NCBI GenBank assembly: GCA_043806595.1
Contig: JAZDGU010000018.1
Coordinates: forward strand, 1,400-65,399
Length of the DNA: 64,000 nucleotides
Source of the DNA: Candidatus Micrarchaeota archaeon
GTDB lineage: Archaea > Micrarchaeota > Micrarchaeia > Norongarragalinales > SBBD01
Reading direction: 5' to 3'
This document shows positions 28,272-37,464 of this stretch, piece after piece; position 1 is the first letter of the stretch, and every line of letters starts with the position of its first letter. The notes below the pieces were generated by a model that was not told where the DNA came from, searched no databases, and saw only the letters and a program-made list of their open reading frames with translations. The position numbers and the translations under genes were made by a program.

Positions 28272-29138
28272 CTACCAAACGAAGGGAACCATGCGCCAGC
28301 GCACCTTCCTGCAGTATTCCTTGTAGCCCTTCAGCCCGCGGAGCAGAACCTTCTCCTCGTTCAGCGTACGGAAGTAGAGCACGCCCATGAGCGGCAGCAC
28401 GGCGAGGAAGCCCCAGTAGGACCCCAGCGCGAGCGGCGAGAGCCCGTAGATGATAAGCACAGCGGTATACATCGGGTGGCGGACCACGGCGTAAGGCCCC
28501 GTGGAGATGACCTTCTGGCCCTTCTGCACCTCGACGATGCGGGACAGGAAGCTGTTCTCCTTCATGACGAGGAAGAACATGAAGTAGCCGATGAGCACCA
28601 GCAGGTTGGAAAGCAGGACGACTTCCACGGGCACCTGCGACAAGCCGAACCGGTAGTCCAGTCCGGGCACGATGAACGCCGCGACAAACCAAAGATAGCT
28701 GAATTTGACCAAGGTCTCCTGCTCTGTGACCTTCTCCTTCATGCGCAGGCGGCGCTCGAGCAGCATGGGGTCGCGCTTGAGGAAGTACGCGACGACGAAG
28801 GCCATGGGCACGAGGAGCACGGCCATGTAGAGCCACGCCTGCCAGTAGCACAGGGAGCCCGCTGGTATGAAAAAGAGAGCGCCGAGCGCGAAGGGCGCGA
28901 GGCCGAACCTCACCAGCGCCTTGCGCTTCAGCGCCGCCCTATCGACTTTTTCTCCCGCCGGCATTTTTCCTCCCCCCTTCACGCCTTTCCTGAATACGGG
29001 CCGCAGGAAGAAGAGGAAGAAGGCGAAGAACGCGTAATACAGCGGCTCGTTCAAGGAATAGCCAAGCATACCAAGGAACCCGAGGCAGCCCCAGTACCAG
29101 TCGGCTTCCATCTTCATGGTCCCCACTGGTATAACCAC
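28272..29138 (-). CDS. Isoprenylcysteine carboxyl methyltransferase / phospholipid methyltransferase family membrane protein
   Basis: Polytopic membrane protein with C-terminal VVRHPMYTAVLIIYGL...EEKVLLRGLKGYKEYCRKV (the ICMT/PEMT signature). Confidence 0.6.
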   Translation of the reverse strand: MVIPVGTMKMEADWYWGCLGFLGMLGYSLNEPLYYAFFAFFLFFLRPVFRKGVKGGGKMPAGEKVDRAALKRKALVRFGLAPFALGALFFIPAGSLCYWQAWLYMAVLLVPMAFVVAYFLKRDPMLLERRLRMKEKVTEQETLVKFSYLWFVAAFIVPGLDYRFGLSQVPVEVVLLSNLLVLIGYFMFFLVMKENSFLSRIVEVQKGQKVISTGPYAVVRHPMYTAVLIIYGLSPLALGSYWGFLAVLPLMGVLYFRTLNEEKVLLRGLKGYKEYCRKVRWRMVPFVW

Positions 29139-29177
29139 CGGCGCGGCAAATAAAAGGCTGACGGATTGCCGGGCAGG

Positions 29178-29831
29178 CTAGCCTGCGCGTTCCGGCCTCT
29201 TCAAGTGGAACACATCGAAATGCATGGTGTTGCAGGAGACATCGGCCTCGAATTCGCCTTCGTGGCTGACAGGCATGCCGACCTTCCATTCGAGGGGATT
29301 GTGACTTCCGTCCTTGTGCACGTGGAATGCGAGCACTCCGCCTTGCGAGAGCTTGGAAGCGAGCCGTCTTACGGTCTCCAACGGATTGCCGGCGTGAGAC
29401 ACCGCGCCGAAGTGGTCGTAGATGACGTCGAAGCGCCTGCGGATGATGGTGCGGTCGAAAGCGTTCGCGGAAAGGTTGTGCAGTCTTACTCCGCTTCCCT
29501 CGTGCTTTTCGATGAACGCCTTCCAGTCCCTTCCCGGCTTCGTCAGGTGCAGGCCGTGGACCTCGAGCCTTCCCTCCCGGATTTCCCCGGCGAATCTTTT
29601 GGCGATTTCCCTTGCCGCAGTCGCTCTTTCGCCGCATCCGCTGTCGAGAACCAGCACCTTCCTACCCGTGCCCTGCCTTTGCTCAAGCAGATTCCGGATC
29701 CTCCAGACAATGTCGAGCTTGAGAGCCCCGGACACGTCTGCGAGGGACGAGTTGTTCGCCCAGTAGTGGACGAGTCCGCTGCGCGCCTTATCGGCGTCGG
29801 CGTCCTTGTCCTTCCGCTTGCCTCCTGCCAT
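29178..29831 (-). CDS. Class I SAM-dependent methyltransferase
   Basis: Motif I VLVLDSGCGERA and post-I acidic residue. Confidence 0.5.
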   Translation of the reverse strand: MAGGKRKDKDADADKARSGLVHYWANNSSLADVSGALKLDIVWRIRNLLEQRQGTGRKVLVLDSGCGERATAAREIAKRFAGEIREGRLEVHGLHLTKPGRDWKAFIEKHEGSGVRLHNLSANAFDRTIIRRRFDVIYDHFGAVSHAGNPLETVRRLASKLSQGGVLAFHVHKDGSHNPLEWKVGMPVSHEGEFEADVSCNTMHFDVFHLKRPERAG

Positions 29832-29948
29832 GAAGTTCTTCCGCGCAGCGCGTTTTAATATCCCTGCGTATCCAAGAGGATTCTGATTCCCTTGCGCCGG
29901 AATAAACTGCCCTAAACCGCTTATTCCACCGTGTCCTGCGCCTGCCCT

Positions 29949-30191
29949 TCACTTCCTCCACGCCAGCACGACGGGCGCCGCGAGCAATATCACGAACGGC
30001 CAGAACAGCCACGAATGCAGCTGGAACGCGAGCGGCTTCGTGAGCAGCCCCAGAGTCGCTGCCGTCACCTCCTGGCTGTTGGTTTTCCCGAGCCCGCTCG
30101 CCAGATACGCCAATGTTGCCGCGGCAAGCGTCCATCGGACCGGCTTCTTCAATCCGTTGCCCGCGCCTTCCTTTGCCCGCTTTCCCGCCAT
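29949..30191 (-). CDS. Small two-TM membrane protein downstream of the Mo-oxidoreductase remnant
   Basis: 80 aa with two hydrophobic helices. Confidence 0.25.
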   Translation of the reverse strand: MAGKRAKEGAGNGLKKPVRWTLAAATLAYLASGLGKTNSQEVTAATLGLLTKPLAFQLHSWLFWPFVILLAAPVVLAWRK

Positions 30192-30200
30192 GCCTTATTT

Positions 30201-30948
30201 TCACCCTATGAAGCTTCCGTTGAGGTCGCCTTCCTTGGCGTAACCCCTGCTCTCCCAGTAGCCCTTGTAGCCCGCGTCGGCGGAGACTTCGATGCCCGTC
30301 ACCCACTTGATTCACTTGTAGCCCCACTTGCTCTCCGCGACGAGCTGGAAGGGAAAGCCCGTCTTCGGCGAGAGCGTCAGGTTGTCCTGCTTGTACGCCA
30401 GCAGGATGCCACCGTTGTTGCCAGAGTCGAAGTATTCCAGCGGGAACGACGTCGTATACCCGTCCGCGGCACGGAATATCCCGGTATTCGGGCCCGTAGT
30501 GGGCACGCCTGCTTGTGCAATCAAATCCTTCACCAGCACCCCCTTCCCACAACAGCCGTGCGGACCATCCTTCGACGCAGTCCAACTGTACGACCTTCGA
30601 GTAATGCGGCAGCGCCGCGGCATCACCAACCACTTCGTCGTATGTGAGGTTCACAGGCTCCGCCACCAGCCCGTAGATTTGCAGCCGGTACGCCCCGCGG
30701 TCGACGTATTGCGGCCCCTTGATGCTGTTCTCCCGCAACACGCTTGGCGCATCCAGCCGTGTCCCGTTGTACGCAAGGACGATGGTCTCGTTGAGCGTCA
30801 TGGGCATTGACGGAATCTGGCCAGCAGGAGAATTTCCCCCGCGCCAGACTCCTGGAATCATCTGGCCTTCCATTCGCGGCCGTTGTATGTAGGCATACCA
30901 GACGAGGAAGAGGAGTCTCGCGAGCATGATAGCCGAAATTACCGCCAT
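30201..30948 (-). pseudogene. Sulfite-oxidase-family molybdopterin oxidoreductase (YedY/MsrP-like), disrupted by a frameshift and an in-frame TGA
   Basis: N-part frame gives signal anchor MAVISAIMLARLLF...LDCVEGWSARLLWEG. The second frame continues VLVKDLIAQAGVPTTGP...FPLEYFDSGNNGGILLAYKQDNLTLSPKTGFPFQLVAESKWGYK, then TGA, then IKWVTGIEVS. The frameshift maps to the GGGGG run near 30543. The TGA is at 30311-30313. Confidence 0.6.
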
Positions 30949-31303
30949 TGCCGTTGTAATAGAAATTGGTGAGGCTTGCGGGGCAGGAGAGGATTGCGAG
31001 CTTAGAGCCGCAGGAGATCTTGGTTGGGCGGCCGCCGCATGTGATGTTTTCCTGGACTTTTCGTCTTTTTGGCGCGTGGCATGGACGGGTTGGGCCGGGA
31101 CGAACGTATAAAGAAGAGGTTTAAGCCGTAAAGGCATCGCTGCGAGCAACACCATCGTCCTCCAGTCCGCAAAGGCAAGGCGCAAGCGTTTCCCGACCAC
31201 GGGCAAAGGACTTCGCGATACTGGGGGTGGCAACGATGATAATCACGTGCGCGCTCGTGCTGGCATGGATGGCGGTTGTGGGATGGGTTTCGTGATTGAT
31301 TAG

Positions 31304-33151
31304 CTAAGGCCGGATTTTCGATCGGAAATAGTTTTCAGTATTCTTATCCATAAAATAGACGTAACAACCCTTATGTGCTCTTGACATTAACACTCGGTAA
31401 ACGTTTTGAAGATGTTGAGTGAATTTTGAGTTATTTCTTTTTACCATATTATCAAAAGACTTGTCAGGATTGCTCTTCCATTTTCCAAGTTTGGGTTCAT
31501 AGACCAAGTCTTCTCCAAAAATTACCCCTATATAATCAAATTCGAATCCTTGGGCGGTATAAACCGTACCTACTTGCTGCATTCCGGTATCATCAGTTGC
31601 CCATTTCCAGAAATCATTCTTTTGTTCCCACGGCATTTTGAAATCCCCAATTACGACGTCATTAACCAAGCTTTTGTCTGGTTTGGGTTCGCTCCACCGC
31701 CAATTAAAACCTGCGACTATACGAGCGCAATTCTTTTTTTCCAGATTTTTCTGGTCTATTGCTGCCTTGAGATCAAGCGGGCTTGAGAAAATCTTGAAAT
31801 CCATTCTTTCGTTCTTTTCCAGGAATTGTTTCTCCGTTTCTGTGATTCCGAGGATATTCTCAACCCATTGGAGGAACGAATCGGAGCCACTACACCGGAA
31901 TTGAGTTTTTAGATCGAATTCAGAAATTTCTGCATCGAATTTCTTCGCTGAATCTCGAATTAATTGAGTACTTCCAACTTCATTTGGCCTCACTACCTGA
32001 TGTTCATCGATAAAGAAAATAGACATCATTGCAGGTCTAATCAAATCGTTGATTTGCGGCTCCTTTGACCTGAATTGATTGGGAACCCCGTAATTGTTGC
32101 TGTCTTTGCGAATACGGTGTGCCTCGTCGCAGATTAAGACGTCGATTTCATTATCTTGGTGTTTACTGAAACTGTAGAAGAACCTGAACCTGTCCTTGAG
32201 CCTCGAGCCCAAGATTTTTTGCAAAGTCTTTGTGAATGCCGACGATCCGGTTGCATGGTATGGGATTTTGTTCATAGACATGAGTTCGGCCATAACTTGG
32301 AGAGCAATTACCGATTTTCCAGTTCCCGGCCCTCCTTTAACTATTATTACTGATTTTTTTCCATCCTTTGCTAGCTTTTTGGCGTTATGCATTATTGCGT
32401 TATAGGCGACAATCTGATCGTCGATTAAATTGAAGACTTGCTGCTGATTTAGCATTTCTTTAGTGTGTTCGAGAAGTTTCTTGGACGGCCTTATCGGCGA
32501 ATAATTGAATTTCTTAAGAACTTCCGCACCATCGCCGTGGGATAATCTTTTTCTTATGTATTCTGAAAGGTTAGGGACCTCCTCCTTGAGAAAAACCGGA
32601 TATTTCTGAATATCATTACGGAATTTTTCAGACTGCAGCAGATTATTTGATTTGTTCGTGTAATTGTGACAATATGCGCAACCGCTCAATTCCAATTTTC
32701 CATCTTCTTGGAAAGCGGTATTATAGTCGGTTAACCCGTAATAGTATCCTTCAACTTGAAGCGATGGATGGGGCTTGACTTCCCATCCCCAACTGTATTC
32801 TACTTGTAGATTCCCGTCGGCTTCACAATCTCGGACCTTCTCGTTAGACCATTGTTTCAATTCTACCAAAACGACATTTCCTTTCTTAAGTTCATCCTCC
32901 CCGAAAACCATCACATCTATCCTTCGCGATGCGAATGGAAGTTCATATTCTACCGTCATCATGTTTTCGGACATCTTGGAATACTCGAAAACGTTTTTCA
33001 TGAAGTTTAGTGACACGTTCCAAGAATTAGCTTCCGATGAATTGACATTTCTACCATAATAGTCACGATATCGTTGTTTCATTTTGTCTACAAGAGAATT
33101 CTGAAGCATTTCTTGCGAAAAGTTCTGGATTGTTCCTTCGAATAGCCTCAT
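31304..33151 (-). CDS. PD-(D/E)xK nuclease-like N-domain fused to DUF2075-type P-loop NTPase (Schlafen/UvrD-like ATPase)
   Basis: N-terminus RRIDVMVFG...VVLVELKQW (D...E.K nuclease triad). Walker A KGGPGTGKS, Walker B VLICDEAHRI. Low-GC codon usage unlike the flanks. Confidence 0.7.
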   Translation of the reverse strand: MRLFEGTIQNFSQEMLQNSLVDKMKQRYRDYYGRNVNSSEANSWNVSLNFMKNVFEYSKMSENMMTVEYELPFASRRIDVMVFGEDELKKGNVVLVELKQWSNEKVRDCEADGNLQVEYSWGWEVKPHPSLQVEGYYYGLTDYNTAFQEDGKLELSGCAYCHNYTNKSNNLLQSEKFRNDIQKYPVFLKEEVPNLSEYIRKRLSHGDGAEVLKKFNYSPIRPSKKLLEHTKEMLNQQQVFNLIDDQIVAYNAIMHNAKKLAKDGKKSVIIVKGGPGTGKSVIALQVMAELMSMNKIPYHATGSSAFTKTLQKILGSRLKDRFRFFYSFSKHQDNEIDVLICDEAHRIRKDSNNYGVPNQFRSKEPQINDLIRPAMMSIFFIDEHQVVRPNEVGSTQLIRDSAKKFDAEISEFDLKTQFRCSGSDSFLQWVENILGITETEKQFLEKNERMDFKIFSSPLDLKAAIDQKNLEKKNCARIVAGFNWRWSEPKPDKSLVNDVVIGDFKMPWEQKNDFWKWATDDTGMQQVGTVYTAQGFEFDYIGVIFGEDLVYEPKLGKWKSNPDKSFDNMVKRNNSKFTQHLQNVYRVLMSRAHKGCYVYFMDKNTENYFRSKIRP

Positions 33152-33157
33152 AAGAAT

Positions 33158-33535
33158 CTACAACTCATTATATTTTTTATTTGAACCGCGTGATTTCTCG
33201 ATTGGATACTTTTTCTCATTCTTTTCCATCTTCTTTTCAAGAGCCGATGCAAGGTCGATGTCGTATTTCTGGGCTAGCCTGAGCAGGAAGTAGAGCACGT
33301 CGGCCATTTCTTCGGAGATTTCCTCCTTCTTGTCGGCGTTAGCAAACATTTCCTCGATTTCCTTATCGGATTTGAAGCGAAAGTGCTCCAAAAGCTCCGA
33401 GGATTCGGTAGTGACGCCGATGGCTAGGTCTTTGGCACCGTGGTATTGGTCCCAGTCGCGTTCTTCGCAGAACTGCCTGACCTTAACCTTCAACTCATGA
33501 AGGCTAGTCTTGTCGTCCGTCATCAATGCCCCCAT
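33158..33535 (-). CDS. MazG-like all-alpha nucleoside triphosphate pyrophosphohydrolase
   Basis: EExxE-type motifs TTESSELLEHF and EEMADVLYFLLRLAQKYDIDL. The start is taken at MGALMTDD. The upstream extension to 33685 is out-of-frame overlap with the HNH gene. Confidence 0.65.
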   Translation of the reverse strand: MGALMTDDKTSLHELKVKVRQFCEERDWDQYHGAKDLAIGVTTESSELLEHFRFKSDKEIEEMFANADKKEEISEEMADVLYFLLRLAQKYDIDLASALEKKMEKNEKKYPIEKSRGSNKKYNEL

Positions 33536-33578
33536 CGGTTTCTCTTTAATATTGTTGAATGAATCGGTTTTTATTAAT

Positions 33579-34280
33579 TCATTCAATCTTTGCCCGCTTT
33601 TGAAGATTATGTCGTGCGCATAATATTTGGATATTTTCGACAAGCAAAGACGTCCCTCCCTTCGAATAAGGAAGAACATGGTCAAAATGAAGATTATCTT
33701 TTCTGTGGCACTTTATACACTGTCCTTTATCCCTTTTCCAAACTTCAAGTTTAACATTAGACGGAATTAAACGAGAGTGTTCCAAATCGGTTGTATCTTC
33801 AATCTCTTTCCCTTCAGCAATCTCCAAACGAAACTTGAACACCTGCCGGCCATCACTGGCTTCTTGCCAAGCATTAACTAATCTAAACAACCCGTTGAAA
33901 ACCCAAATTCCAGGCTTGAGCTTCTCATATACTTTAACGAGTTCTGGCTCCGGTTTATCATTCTTGCAACGGATCGCTGCGTCATAAAATAGTAAATTTT
34001 GAGTTGGACTTCCGTCAGAATCGCGAGATGGTTGATCTACGGACTTTGGGTTGCCAGTTACTTCACGTCTTGAAATATCGTGGCCTTCATATATCAGCAC
34101 TTTTCCGTTTTCTTCTACCCGGTCTGCATAGGGGGCGTTGGGTCGTAAACTCATTAAAATTACACTAACGTTGCGTCCCTTGAGATGGAAATTCATTCCC
34201 CTTTGAAGGCTAGAACCTTCCTCTGAACACATTTCCCAATAAGAAATGACGTCTCCCGGTTTGATCACGCAAGCCCCCAA
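33579..34280 (-). CDS. HNH endonuclease with N-terminal PUA-like (SRA/EVE-like) putative modified-base-binding domain
   Basis: C-terminal HNH CIKCHRKDNLHFDHVLPYSKGG...NIQILCARHN. N-domain segments KVLIYEGHD and PGIWVFNGLFRLVNAW resemble the YTGSGG / YDGIYKV strands of SRA-type domains. Confidence 0.65.
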   Translation of the reverse strand: MGACVIKPGDVISYWEMCSEEGSSLQRGMNFHLKGRNVSVILMSLRPNAPYADRVEENGKVLIYEGHDISRREVTGNPKSVDQPSRDSDGSPTQNLLFYDAAIRCKNDKPEPELVKVYEKLKPGIWVFNGLFRLVNAWQEASDGRQVFKFRLEIAEGKEIEDTTDLEHSRLIPSNVKLEVWKRDKGQCIKCHRKDNLHFDHVLPYSKGGTSLLVENIQILCARHNLQKRAKIE

Positions 34281-34472
34281 ACAATTTGTTGAGCTAGTAC
34301 TTAAATACCATTTGACGACACTATTAGACTTTCCTTTCCCTTTTATTCCTCCTCTTCCCCTGCCTTCCCTGCCTCTCGCTTTCCTGCCGTAACCCTTCCC
34401 CCGGCCTTTTCTCCCCGCAGCGCTGGAACTGCGGAAGAAGGATGTGCAATCGTGTTGGGCGCATGCGTTGCC

Positions 34473-35843
34473 TTACATGTCCTGCAGGTCGAAGGCGAGG
34501 TAGCCCGCGTTGCGGAGCTTGTTCTTGCCAAAGATCTTTCTTGCAACCAGGCCAAGCCGCGGCTTGGACGCGAGCCCGTTCACGTAGCCTGCCTTGCGCT
34601 CAAGCGCCTTGAATTCCTTCAGGGGTTGCGTGACTTCCGCCCACTTGAATTCGAAGGCGTAAACTTTCTTGGCTGAGTCCTGCGCCATCAAGTCGATTTC
34701 GTACGCGTCCCTCCCCTTTTCGCCGCCCCCGATTTTTCCCCACTGCCGCCTTGCCTTGTACAACCCGAGCTTTCCGACGGCGAATTCCCGCGCGGCATAC
34801 TCGAAGGCCCTGCCCGAGTATGCGCCGAGGCTGCCCTTCACCGAAGAAATGAATCCGGGGTCCCTTGAGGCGTATTCCGAGTAACGCCGGTTGATTGCGG
34901 TGAACCAGAAGCGCATGAGTGGGTGCTTGAGGCGGTATGCGCCGCGCTTGCCGGAGAAAGGCATTTCCAGTTCGATGAGCTCGAAGTAGTCCTTGAGCTC
35001 GTTCACCTGCCGCGTTATGGACGTGGAAGGCGTGTTCAAGGACGCGGCGATGGAAGAAAGGGTGTTGCTTCCGTCGGCAATCGCCTGCAGGATGGAGTAG
35101 TACGTGCCGCTCCTTCCCCCAAATTCCTGGGACAGGATGCCCGTCACCTCGTCTTCGAGGGGCGCGTTCTTGGCCAACAGGAGCGCGTCGATGATTTGTG
35201 CCGCGGTCTTTCCTTGCAGGCCGTAGTCTTCGGCCGCGACGTAGTATTTGGGGTAGCCGCCGAACACGCCGTAGAGTTCGACCAAGTCCTCCTTGCGGAG
35301 GGAAAGCTCATTGCCGAAGTCGAAGCACGACGAGAGGGATAGGGGCTCCAACCTCCAGTTTTTCTTCACCCGCCCGTAAAGGGGCTCCTTGGCGTCCTGG
35401 AAGGCGCTCTTCATCAGCCCGATCAGCGAGCCGGATAGGACGACAAGGCCCGGCGAGCCCTCGTTCAAGTCGATTGCCTTTTGGAAGGCGCCGAATGCGG
35501 CTGGCTCGACGGAATTGAAGTTCTGGAACTCGTCGAATACGACTACGCCGGGGTTGCGTTTCACGAGCGCATCGGCGAACTGGTCCCACGAATGCACGGA
35601 TTCCAGCGCGCCAAGCGCGCCGTGCTTGCGTAGGATTTCCTGGAATTCCTTGAGCAGCTCGCCCGACGGCTTGTTCTTGTTTACAAAAAAATACGCGCCC
35701 CGGTCTTTGAGGAATTCCACCAGCAGCCGGGTCTTCCCGACCCGCCGCAGCCCGTACAGTGCGACGATGAAAAGCTTTTTCCTTGAAAGCGTTTCGAGTT
35801 CCCTTAGTTCCTCAAGTTCCGCGCCCCTATCCACAAACTTCAT
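34473..35843 (-). CDS. Archaeal ATPase (PF01637-like) with C-terminal DUF234 domain
   Basis: N-terminus FVDRGAELEEL...LYGLRRVGKT (Walker A), Walker B VVVFDEFQ, and a DUF234-type C-terminal region. Confidence 0.65.
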   Translation of the reverse strand: MKFVDRGAELEELRELETLSRKKLFIVALYGLRRVGKTRLLVEFLKDRGAYFFVNKNKPSGELLKEFQEILRKHGALGALESVHSWDQFADALVKRNPGVVVFDEFQNFNSVEPAAFGAFQKAIDLNEGSPGLVVLSGSLIGLMKSAFQDAKEPLYGRVKKNWRLEPLSLSSCFDFGNELSLRKEDLVELYGVFGGYPKYYVAAEDYGLQGKTAAQIIDALLLAKNAPLEDEVTGILSQEFGGRSGTYYSILQAIADGSNTLSSIAASLNTPSTSITRQVNELKDYFELIELEMPFSGKRGAYRLKHPLMRFWFTAINRRYSEYASRDPGFISSVKGSLGAYSGRAFEYAAREFAVGKLGLYKARRQWGKIGGGEKGRDAYEIDLMAQDSAKKVYAFEFKWAEVTQPLKEFKALERKAGYVNGLASKPRLGLVARKIFGKNKLRNAGYLAFDLQDM

Positions 35844-35968
35844 AAGTATTCACCAAGTGAATAATTCAGTAACTGAATATGTTTATAAGGTTTTCGGCTT
35901 GTAGGCTGGCAGGCCACTACAAGCTTGTAGGAATTATACTCTTTTCGGAACCGCGTTTCCGGTGCAAT

Positions 35969-36418
35969 TCAGAGGTGGACAATTTCCAAGCCGGCGCTGA
36001 AATCCTTCTTCAGTCTCTCGGCGAGGATGCTGCGGTGGCATTCGCTTGCCTTGGCTTCCATGCACAACAGGCAGGCTTTCTTCTCCCGAACCAAATCGGA
36101 AAGGTCCGACAGGTTGCCGTTTAAGTAGTCTAGGTGCTTGGAATAGCCGATAAAGAATTCATCGTAGTCCCACGCCTGCGCGAGTTCGTTGCGCAAGGCC
36201 TTGGGAGCGCCCCATTTCGAGTCGTGGGCGTATTCGATGCCCGCTTTTTCAATGGCATTCTTGAGATTGGACTTGCAGAAGCCTTTCTTGTGACTCCAAG
36301 GCAGCTGGCGGCTGTCGACCAAAACCTCGACCTTATTATCAACAAGGGACTGCGTGAGTTGCTCCAGCGTTTTCCCTTGGTATCCAATAGTATACAAACG
36401 CATTACGGCCTCTCCCAT
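35969..36418 (-). CDS. DUF488 family protein
   Basis: MRLYTIGYQGKTLEQL...LVDSRQLPWS matches the DUF488 N-terminal signature. The true start is probably the Met at 36403. Confidence 0.55.
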   Translation of the reverse strand: MGEAVMRLYTIGYQGKTLEQLTQSLVDNKVEVLVDSRQLPWSHKKGFCKSNLKNAIEKAGIEYAHDSKWGAPKALRNELAQAWDYDEFFIGYSKHLDYLNGNLSDLSDLVREKKACLLCMEAKASECHRSILAERLKKDFSAGLEIVHL

Positions 36419-36508
36419 CGACCTCGAACCCTAAAATAAGGACACTTCCGGCGGTTTTAAAGCAATCGCCACGGGCCACGTTTACGGTGATCATGCTCGG
36501 CCAGCATG

Positions 36509-37450
36509 CTACCTAACTGGCTTTGCCACCGCGCCCGCGTCGAGATCCTTCACCGACCTCCACACGAAGTATCCCAGGATCGAGAAGGTGCAGATTGGTG
36601 AGAACCAGTTCGGGACGTGCACGCCGAAGGCGTCCGCGAGCATGATGACGCCCAGCACTGCAATCGAATACATCGCGCCGTTCTTCAAGAACCTCATGTT
36701 CGTGATCCGGGTTATGTTGTGCACGGTCAGCTGCCGGACCACTAGCGCGCCGATGCCGTTGCCGACGAGGATGAGGGGGACCGACAAGGTGAAGGCGAAA
36801 GAGCCGAGCACCGCGTCGACGCTGAAGGCGGTGTCGATGACCTCAAGGTAGAAAATCTTGCTCCAGTCGCTCATCGCGCCCCCCGACTTCGCCATGTCCG
36901 ATTCCTTCTTCTCCGCGTATTCCTTGAAGCCGTGCGTGATGAAGAACAAGGTGGAGCCAACCGCGGCACCGAAGGCCATCAGCGGGTGCCGCTCGAGGGC
37001 AAGCCAGACGACTGCCGTAAGAAGCACGGAAACGACGGTATAGAACCACGCGCCGTGGCCCTCGAAGACGGGCTCCCAGAAGAAGGCGCGGTTCTTCTTC
37101 TGCAGGAACAGCCACTGGAAGAAGAGAAACAGGAGGAACACGCCGCCGGCGACGAGGAGCACGGGCTCGGACTCCTCGACCATCGCTGCAACCGCGGGGT
37201 CGTCGCTGAAGGCGAGCGTCAGCGAACCCCAGAGGCCCAGGCCGGGGTTAAGCGAGAACACTATCAGCCAAGGAAGCAGGCCGCGGACGAGGAACACGGC
37301 GACGAGCATGCCCCAGACGAGGAACCACCGGCGCGCCTTCTGCGACATCGTGGAGAGCACGTGCGCGTTGACTACCGCGTTGTCGACGGCTAAGACTATC
37401 TCGAAGAACGCCAGCCCGAGGACGGTGAGAAGAATCGAACCCAAATCCAT
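36509..37450 (-). CDS. TerC family integral membrane protein
   Basis: FEIVLAVDNAV TerC motif and a 7-8 TM topology. Confidence 0.8.
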   Translation of the reverse strand: MDLGSILLTVLGLAFFEIVLAVDNAVVNAHVLSTMSQKARRWFLVWGMLVAVFLVRGLLPWLIVFSLNPGLGLWGSLTLAFSDDPAVAAMVEESEPVLLVAGGVFLLFLFFQWLFLQKKNRAFFWEPVFEGHGAWFYTVVSVLLTAVVWLALERHPLMAFGAAVGSTLFFITHGFKEYAEKKESDMAKSGGAMSDWSKIFYLEVIDTAFSVDAVLGSFAFTLSVPLILVGNGIGALVVRQLTVHNITRITNMRFLKNGAMYSIAVLGVIMLADAFGVHVPNWFSPICTFSILGYFVWRSVKDLDAGAVAKPVR

Positions 37451-37464
37451 GGCGGGATAAAACC

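Noticed and set aside
30311-30313. In-frame TGA inside the Mo-oxidoreductase, considered as possible selenocysteine or stop-codon recoding
   Set aside because: TGA is used as a genuine stop by the cyclophilin gene and others in this window. The sulfite-oxidase family has no Sec members and there is no SECIS-like context, so a nonsense mutation or sequencing error is more likely.
29788-31233. 481-aa minus ORF as one intact protein
   Set aside because: Only the segment from Met 30948 is homologous to Mo-oxidoreductases. The 5' extension and the 3' part beyond about 30545 are out-of-frame read-through, so the true gene is frameshifted.
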